Shown here in pieces: positions 55,471 through 64,000 of a stretch of 64,000 nucleotides of DNA (the first letter of the stretch is position 1; each line of letters opens with the position of its first letter). Below the pieces are notes generated by a model. It ran no database searches. It was not told the DNA's origin and saw only the letters and a program-made list of their open reading frames with translations. Source of the stretch: Ministeria vibrans ATCC 50519 (Eukaryota; Protista; Filasterea); the NCBI GenBank assembly GCA_943704425.1, contig CALSCP010000368.1, positions 1-64,000 on the forward strand, given 5' to 3'. Position numbers and translations under genes: made by a program.

Positions 55471-55920
55471 ATGTCCTTCCGCTTGTCAGTGGGCGGCCTG
55501 GTCGACCCACCAGAGTACTCGGTGGCGGCGGCACAGCTGCGTAAGGATGCAGCGCGCGACAATGCCGATGGAGGCGGTGCGGCATCGGACGATCTCGCTT
55601 GGCCCGACACCCCACTCCCTTCTCGCTCCAGCTCTCCTGCGCCCCGTCTGCACCCGTCCGAGCTGCAACAGATGAACGAACGCGAGCGACCCGCTCCCAC
55701 CAACAACAACGTCAACAAAGCTTCTCAGCAGAACAGCTTTGCCACCGACGATGACGGCAACAGGCACGATGAATCGACATTGATTGTTTCTCTCTCTATC
55801 ACTTTGCTTCTTTCTCCCTCCTCTCTCTCTCTCTCTATATCACTTTGTTTCTCTCTCTCTCTCTCTATCACTTTGTTTCTCTCTCTCTCTCTCACTTTGT
55901 TTCTCTCTCTCTCTCTCACT

Positions 55921-56018
<98 letters not shown>

Positions 56019-59000
56019 TGATTCGTCTTCTCCACTCGCCTTCATTCCTTCTGACTTCGCTTCAAATGAATCCCTCTCTTTCCTTCAGACTCGGCGGTCT
56101 TATGCTGGGCAACGATGGCGTTTCCCTGGCCGAACTCATGAACCAAGATCCTCCCTTTGACTATGAGTACTCGGACACGGATACGTTTGAGGTCGAACTC
56201 AACGAACTCTTCTCCTACTCCGAGGTACAGCGACACACAACGATTCTTCGTCTTTGCTGACACGCTGCATTCTCTCTACAGTGCTCTCACTTTGCAACTG
56301 CCCAACGTGCTTTTTTGCGAACGTATGGCTCGTCGAAACCCTGGTCGTCAACCAGCGAGCGAAACCGCGCCTCCTTTGTGCGCCTCTGTCTCAACAGAGT
56401 CGAATTGAGCGACGCAGCGCGTCGAAGCGACGCCATTCTCTCTCTCATGTACATTAGTGTGGGCGTCTTCCACGAGTGCACCACCACCACCACCACCACC
56501 ACTCCCACCCCCACTTTACCTTCCTCCTCCTCTCCTTCTTTGCCTTCGTCATCGGCACAACCAAACGATGAATCTTCACAATCCCTTGACGAGGAACGTC
56601 GCAAGGAGGAGCTTCTTGAAAGAATACGATCCAACTGCCGCCTCCTCTTTGCCCATGGCGTACTCCCCGTTCTCTTGGGCTTTATCATATCGACTGCACG
56701 CGTCTCCTTTACTCGCATGTCACCCTCCTCTTCCTCCGCAAGCCCATCACCCACTCCTGCCAGCCCTGCCGCACCATCCGCGAGCGCTCGAACCCCCCTC
56801 GACAAGATACCCAACGAGGGCTTTGTCGAGACCCTTGCCGCTACCAATGCAGTCTACAGCATTATTGAAACGCTGCGACGCGACACAGAGCCAGACGCGT
56901 CGTCAAGTGGTGCAGGTGTATCAGCTGCAGCGCTGCGGGAAGTACTTAAACAACCGTTGCCCAACGGTCACGACCTTCTGGCATCGCTCCTCGCGCTCGT
57001 CGCTGCCTACACCAACGGTCAATTACCATGCCTGCCCGTCCAAAAAATGCTGTTGCTTGCGTGGAAGACGGTCCTGGTGCTTTGCGGTGGCCAGGATGTG
57101 CTTCTGGAGAACAAGACGACGGCGTGCGCACGCTTTGGCGCCACGTTGCCTCAGACCACACCGCGCAACAAGGCACGCCCCACCGACATTGACTCGTTTG
57201 CCATGGAAGCCAAGTCGAAGTACTACGGTGCCTATATGACGGAAGAGAAGAAATCAGTCTATCAGGAGCAGCGCCGTCAGCAACAACAGCAACAACAACA
57301 GCAGCAGGAATCGTCGGAGACGACAAGCGACACTCGGTCGGTGGCGTTGTCAACGATGTCGTCGCTGTGGAGCAACACAAGCACGCTGACTGTGAGCGGG
57401 CAGCGACGGATGCCCGCCGTCACTCTTGATCCCACCGACATTCCGGTGCCCATTGCCGAGAGTCTCACCGTGCTCGAACGAAATCGCTTTGTGTCACTCT
57501 CTGAGCGACAACTCGTGGCAGAACGGGACTCAATGGAGCAGCACAGCCAGTGCAGTGCGGAGCGCGCGCAAGAGTACCGACATCAGCACGGCTTGGTCTC
57601 TGAGGAGTCTTTTGTGGGCCTTGACGGCGCACCGTACCACCGTGGGGACTGGGTGGCACCGCCCATTGCCGAGCATGTCTACCAGACACTTCTCCCCAAC
57701 CTGCCGACCTTTGTCATTGTGCTCTTGAAGCTGCTCCTGGCCGCCGCGCCATCCACGCAGCGCGGTCACTATGGCTCCATTGATCTTGTCGACCAGCTTT
57801 ACTACGAGGCATACAAGGCGCCCGATGCGGCCGTTGTACCAGCCGAGACGACGACGACCGACACGGGCGACGCAGATGCGCCTCCGCCGCAGCTCATTGA
57901 CGCCATGGTTCACACCATTGACGGGGCTCGTCGCAAGGAGATTGTCGTAAAGGCAGTCAGTGCCATTGTGCTGCTTCTTTTTAAGCACTTCCGCACCAAT
58001 CACGTTCTTCAGAGCGAATACCTCGGTCAGCAGCTTGTCGACGGAAACTGCATCCTGCTCCTCCTCAAGATCCTCAACAACAACATTGGGGCATATGTCA
58101 AGACAGACCACTCACTCTCCCAGCGCGAATTTGTCTCCTTTGTCTTTCATCCCTTTGACAAGGGCCCGCCCCGCTCGCCACCCGTACGCATTTTAAACTA
58201 TATGTCTCTCTCTTCTCTCACTCACACATTTTCTTGCGTTAGGCCAACGCGAGTCGCCCCGACTCTCATTGCTCGTCACGCAACTTTTTTGCGATCATCA
58301 ATCTTCTCAAGCTTCTCCAGAAACTCACTAAGCACAAGATTGCACGTCGACAGGTCATGGTTCACTACAAAGCACCCGTAAGACACACACACATCCACAA
58401 ATAACTGAGCATACAAAATCAAATGCATCACACTTGGACTGGGCACTGACATGTAGTCTTTCTGGCTCGTTTGTGTAGGGCATTTTAAAGCGACTACTGA
58501 AGATCAACGAGCGCAATGTGCAACTGTACGCACTGAAGCTGCTCAAGACACAAATGCGACACGTCAAGAAGAGCTGGCACAAATGTATGTGAATTTGTTC
58601 TCCTCACAACAAACTAACACACTGTGTTCTTACTGAAGCGAACATGCGCGTACTGAGCGGCGTGTATTTGCACGTGCGGCACGATCTGCACGATCCGTGG
58701 GCCTTCACCTTTGACGCCAATCCTCCTCCAAACGAACTTGACGTATACCGATCATGCTCAAGTTGGTCTATACTAAAACATATTTCTATTTTGTGTATAG
58801 ATGGAAGAGCAGCTGTGGCGCTCCATCATCTACCAGTTCAACTTGCGCCACTATGGATTGGGCGGTCGTGCCTCCCAAAACGACTCACACACGTATGCAG
58901 CACTGCACACAAGTTTTACAGAGTGTGTGTTTTCTTACCCTTTTACGTTACAGCAGTGACCTGTCTGAGCACGACCTGCAGCAGCGCCTACATGACTCAA

Positions 59001-59137
59001 TTGGGATTCTGCTCGACTCGGCGATTGCGCTGGAGGACCCGCTTGGCGAGGCGCAGCTCGTTGCTGAGCGCGACATGGATCCCGCCTACTACTCGTGTGC
59101 CGAGCAGTGGCTCCAAGCACACGTGTATCCCAAGTAA
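55471..59137 (+). CDS. STRIP1: Striatin-interacting protein (STRIP1/2, Far11)
   Basis: FDYEYSDTDTFEVELNELFSYSE, PVQKMLLLAWK, IVLLKLLLA, RRKEIVVKAVSAIVLLLFKHFRTNHVLQSEYL, INLLKLLQKLTK, ANMRVLSGVYLHVRHDL. Confidence 0.93.
55790..56016. repeat. (CT)n with TCACTTTGTTTC units in STRIP1 intron 1
   Basis: Direct repeats. Confidence 0.9.
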
Positions 59138-59222
59138 CAGTGAAGTATCTTTTCGTATTGTTTTGTTTTCTATCAATGTTTTCTTCCCCAGCCTGATAGT
59201 CAATCAAGAATCGAATAAAATG

Positions 59223-59260
<38 letters not shown>

Positions 59261-59319
59261 ATATTTTATTATAATAATATTATTATCAATATTCATTAGT
59301 CACTTTTTTTATTCGAACA

Positions 59320-59924
59320 ATGGGAAAGAAGCTCAAGTTGAAGGCGAAGCGTAAAGCGTTGGATCGCGGTGTCTTGTCGTTCTTTGACGAGGGCGAGACT
59401 GCTGATCCGCACAAGGGCGCCACGGAGGAGGGGGAGGACGACGACGCCGACGCGTACGACGCAAACGGAGAGCAAGTGGTTGCCGGTGAAGGCGCCGATG
59501 GAACTTCGCTGCCGTGGCGCATTGTGAGCAATGGCGACGAGCTTGGCGACGAGCCCATGTCGGATGCTGGCTCGGGCGGCTTCATGCTGCTGGAGGAGCT
59601 GTCAGGCTGCACTGTCGAGTGGCAAGGAGGCGGCCGCGTGGCTCGCATTGTCGTAAGGGAAAACGCGCGTTTTCGCTGCCTCTCTCTCTCTCACTCACTC
59701 ACTCACTCACACACACACACACTCACAACCACAAACTAACGCATCGTAGAAAGCGCCTGAGGAAGAGGTGCCAGTGGTGGATGCGATCAAGACGGTGTCG
59801 GAGAAGAAGAAGCAGAAGAAGAAGAAGGCAAAGACGGACGAGGAAACGCCGGCAAAAGCCGAGAAGCAGAAACCGGAGGCAGAGGAGCCAGCGGGCTCCG
59901 ACTCTGAGCCACAACTTACAACGA

Positions 59925-59964
<40 letters not shown>

Positions 59965-61208
59965 TAAGAAAGAGAAGAAGAAGTCGCGTGCGGAAATACT
60001 TGAGAGACAGCGCGAGACAAAGCGACAGAAGCAACGCGAGCGCAATCTTCGCAAGCGTCTCAAGCGAAAGGAAGAAGCCATCGCGGCGGCAGCAGGAGAA
60101 GGAGGAGGTGACGAGGCGACGAAAAAACCAAAGGTAGTGCGACAGGCAAAAGCAGCGGATGTTGAGGTGCAGGAGGCGTATGACTTTAAAGCAATGCAAA
60201 TGGGCGACGCTGAGGATGAGAGTGACCACGACAACGGCGATGATGATGATGATGATGATAAGGAGGAGGAGGACGACGACGATGACGATGACGAGAACGA
60301 TGAGGGACTCATGGGTGAAGATGTGGACATGGAGGGCGACTACAGCGCGTGGCAGTCGCTCAAGGTGCATCCCGACCTGATTATGGGACTACGTCGACTG
60401 CGCTTCACGGAACCCACTGAAATTCAGCGAAAAACGCTACCGGCAACGCTGCAAGGACGCCGCGACATGGTAGGGGCGGCGGAGACAGGCTCAGGCAAGA
60501 CACTGGCGTTTGCCATGCCTATTTTGCAGCACATTGTGTACAAGAAGATTGCGCGTAAGCTCACGGCACTGATTGTGACGCCCACGCGCGAGCTCGCGAT
60601 GCAGGTGCGTGACCACATCCGTGGGGTATCGCAGCATCTGGCGGTGCGCACAGTGGCGATTGTGGGTGGAATTGCGGTGCCCAAGCAGGAGCGGCTGCTG
60701 CGCGCTCAACCTGAGATCATCGTGGCAACGCCCGGTCGGCTGTGGGAGCTCATCCAGCAGGGCAATGCACATCTCAAGACCATCTCCAGCGATCTGCGCT
60801 TCTTTGTTGCCGACGAAGCGGACCGAATGATTGAGCGGGGTCACTACGAAGAGCTGGACCGCATTGTGAGTGTGCTCCCGCAGCAGAGCAACGTGCGCAA
60901 GTACATCTTCAGTGCCACTCTGCTGCCGCCCGAGAACATTCTGCTTAATCGCAAGTCGCAGCATGCCAAACCCCAGAGCAAGTCCAAGAAGAAGGCAACA
61001 GCCGCACCCGTTTCGTCGCTTGAACAGCTCGTTGCGCGCTTGGCTCTGGCACCCTCGCCCGTCGTCATCGACCTTACCCGCCGCAATCTGCTGGCCGGCT
61101 CACTCACCGAGGCCCATGTTATGTGCACCGTCGAGGAGAAGGATCTATATCTCTACTACTTTATCAAGAGGTATTAATATTTGCTTGTCACTTAGACATA
61201 CTGATTGT

Positions 61209-61254
<46 letters not shown>

Positions 61255-61446
61255 TAGGTATCCGGGAAAAACATTGGTGTTTGTAAACAGCATTGATTGC
61301 ATCCGGCGGCTTGTGTCGATCCTCACGCTGCTGGACATTGAGCCCCTGGCTCTCCACGCTAACATGCAGCAACGCCAGCGCCTCAAAAACCTCGATCGGT
61401 ACGAAGAGTGCAACGAGTGACAGCTGACCATCTCATCTCTCCCTAT

Positions 61447-61526
<80 letters not shown>

Positions 61527-62407
61527 ANNNNNNNNCTGCAGGGCTCGTTGCGCGGAGGCAATTGCAGCTGTGACTGTTTGTGCGGTTGCGACTGTGGTTT
61601 TTTTGTAGATTCCGTGAGCGCAGCGAGTGTGTGATTGTGGCGACTGATGTGGCAGCGCGTGGACTTGACATTCCCGGAGTGCAACATGTGGTGCACTATC
61701 AGCTGCCGCGCACAGTGGAGGTGTATGTGCACCGCAGTGGACGCACAGCAAGGGCACACACGCAAGGCATCAGCGTCGCCATTGTGTCCCCGCCCGACCT
61801 GCCTGCCTTCCGGAACATTCTCAGCGCCCTTCACACGAGCGTAGCATCGGACGATGTGGTGGTGGCGGAGAAGGACGAGGACGCTGTGACGTCGCGCATT
61901 CCCGCATTCCCCGTCGACTCTGCCTACCTGGCGCCACTGCGTCGCCATCTGGTGCTTGCGCGCAAGGTTGACAAGGCAATGCATTCAGCACGCAAAACCA
62001 AGAGTGCCAATGACTGGTTTGTGAACGCGGCGCGCGACCTCGACCTTGAGCTTGACGACGATCTGCTCGAGGACATTGGTTCCGAGGACGAGGTGCGCGG
62101 AGGTGAAGACGACGGACTGTCGCGTGCGCAGCAGAAGAAACAGGCGGCGCGACAGGCGCTTCAGCGAGCCGAGGCGATGCGTCGCGATCTCCTTCAAATG
62201 ATTCGTGAGCAACCCATTATTCCGCGTGGCCTGTCGCAGCGGTACGTCGCCGATGGAAGCGCCACCCAGTGGCTCTCGGTGCGTGACGGCGAGATGGTCT
62301 CGGCGGCTGCCGAGTGTAGCAAGACGGCTGCCGTCGACGCGGTCAAGGGCAAGGGCAAGAAGCGCAAGCGTGCCGTCGACGACGAGGCTGGCGACGACGA
62401 AGAGTGA
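59320..62407 (+). CDS. DDX24: DEAD-box RNA helicase DDX24/Mak5
   Basis: GFMLLEEL N-terminal motif, [66 protein letters not shown]. Confidence 0.95.
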
Positions 62408-62512
62408 AGTGTCGAGCAGTGTACAAAAAACCCGTTTTCGTATTGAGATCAAGATGAATTCAAGTGCTTTACAAACAGACCATGTACAGGGGAGGGAGGG
62501 AGGTGTGGACGT

Positions 62513-62816
62513 CTATGCGCTGCGAGATGCATGCTGGAGGATGGCAAGAATGTCCTTTGGCGAGACATTGAGACGCAGCATTTCGGCCAACTGCAAAAGA
62601 AAGGGTCAGATTGACTGAATGCGGGCTTGCCAGTGCGGTACACGTACAATACGAACAATCTCTGGGTTGATGTTGAGTCCGCTGAGGTTGCACAGCTGAA
62701 CCAGGGCAGCTAGGGGAGAGAGTGGTTGACAAATTTGAAAAAGTGGCGCGAAGACAGAAAATCGTACTGTCCACTTCCGCAGTCGGTCCCATGCTGCTTT
62801 GAAGTGACGACTCCAT
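62513..62816 (-). CDS. MZT2: MOZART2 (gamma-TuRC microprotein MZT2)-like
   Basis: Exons 62816-62768, 62709-62648, 62590-62513 (phases consistent) give 62 aa: ...ALVQLCNLSGLNINPEIVRILAEMLRLNVSPKDILAILQHASRSA. Confidence 0.7.
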
Positions 62817-63156
62817 ACTGTGTTAGAATATGGCTGTGAGCAGTGAAACAGGAACTACGATTCAATATGATTGAAAATTTGAATGTTCTGAATAGTATTG
62901 TTGATTGTTCATTGTTGTCTGTCGAATTGTTGCATGAGTGTTGACAGTTGACAGACGGACCAGCCAGAGTTGTGCATTTGTTGAAGATTGATCATTGACA
63001 GCACTACGTAGTACGTAGCTATTAACTAGCCTGATGGCGGGCTAACGCGTGACGGCCGGTGACGGCCTGACGGGAAGGAGGTGCGTTTTCGGTGCGTTGT
63101 ATTTTGCGATCGCAGTAGTGAAACTGATCATTGATTGATTTCAAAAAAATTGACCG

Positions 63157-64000
63157 ATGCCCTCCGTCGACCCTTGGAGTATGCTGGATACTATTGGCGA
63201 GGTCAGGACTCAGGACTCAGGAATACAGATGAGCCATCCATTATTCTTTCCACTCACACTCCCTCTCCTCTCCTCTCCTCTTTGTTTCGTACAGGGCGCC
63301 GTTCAATTGGTGTCGTTCCTCCTCTCGGCGACCTATGGTCTCGAGCCTGAGTACTGGATTCTGGTTCCGATTGCGCTGGCAGCCGTGGTCTTTGCGTGTG
63401 TTCTCGTCGTGCAGTATCTCTTCGTCGCAATGGACTACCGCAAAGCAGCGCCCCCAGTGCCCTCCGGAGGTCCTCCCCGCCACCTTGCCTCGCGCATGCC
63501 ACCTCCCTACCCCAATGGCTGGTTTTCCTTGTGTCTCTCGAGCGATCTCAAGTGTGGGGCAGTGCGAGACGTGAGCTGTCTCGGCCTGGACCTTGTCGCC
63601 TTTCGCGGCAAGACCGGCACAGTACGTTCTGGCTGATCGCGCCTCACTCGCTTCGCACACCTTCTCACAGACAGACTATTTTTCCATAGATCAATGTAAT
63701 GGACAAGTACTGTCCTCATCTGGGCGCCGATTTGGCAGTCGGTGGCAAAGTGGTCGGCAAGAATTGCCTGCGCTGTCCCTTTCACGGATGGGTTTTTGAC
63801 GGCGTGTCTGGTGCGTGTATTCACGCCGAGTACGCACCGGAGCGCACACCACCGACGACAGCCTCCTTCAAGACACGTGTTTACACCTGCCGTGAGGCGT
63901 ACGGCATGGTATTTCTGTGGCACCACTGCGACGCCAGTGTCGCACCACAGTGGGACATTGAGACGCCGGAAGGCGTGTTCGAGGCACCCTCTGAAGCGAC
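63157..64000 (+). CDS. nvd: Rieske cholesterol 7-desaturase (Neverland/DAF-36-like), 5' partial
   Basis: N-terminal TM helix, PPPYPNGWF, Rieske motif YCPHLGA...CPFHGW, VFLWHH...PQW. Confidence 0.85.

Noticed and set aside
61448-61536. Poly-T tract as a retroposon tail
   Set aside because: It abuts an N gap in a DDX24 intron; no element body or target-site duplication is visible.

Overview
Gene-dense, intron-rich eukaryotic nuclear DNA from a short-read-type assembly (N gaps, many AC/AG/AAT microsatellites). It uses the standard genetic code (TAA, TAG and TGA all occur as stops) and GT-AG introns, with a few GC-AG introns. Gene content (AK9, Nup43, ARID1, STRIP1, MZT2, a phostensin-like protein, Neverland-type Rieske desaturase, FADS2-like desaturase, Slo-type K+ channel) suggests a probably flagellated, opisthokont/holozoan-like protist; this is inference and the taxon cannot be fixed from this window. 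I reconstructed about 27 protein genes by manual splicing. The standout is a divergent eRF1 (class-I release factor) gene whose reading frame breaks just after the GGQ motif at CTT-TAA-C (17986-17992), with a stem-loop directly downstream. A +1 shift there restores gap-free eRF1 homology, mirroring the autoregulatory CUU-UGA-C frameshift of bacterial RF2 (prfB). Other notable items are a SET-domain protein with a signal peptide and HQDL C-terminus, MZT2 and phostensin-like genes usually regarded as animal-associated, an AK9 with degenerate P-loops, divergent start codons only 12 nt apart, a dispersed intronic minisatellite, and a telomerase-template-like motif in an intergenic region. Family assignments come from motif recall, not database searches.
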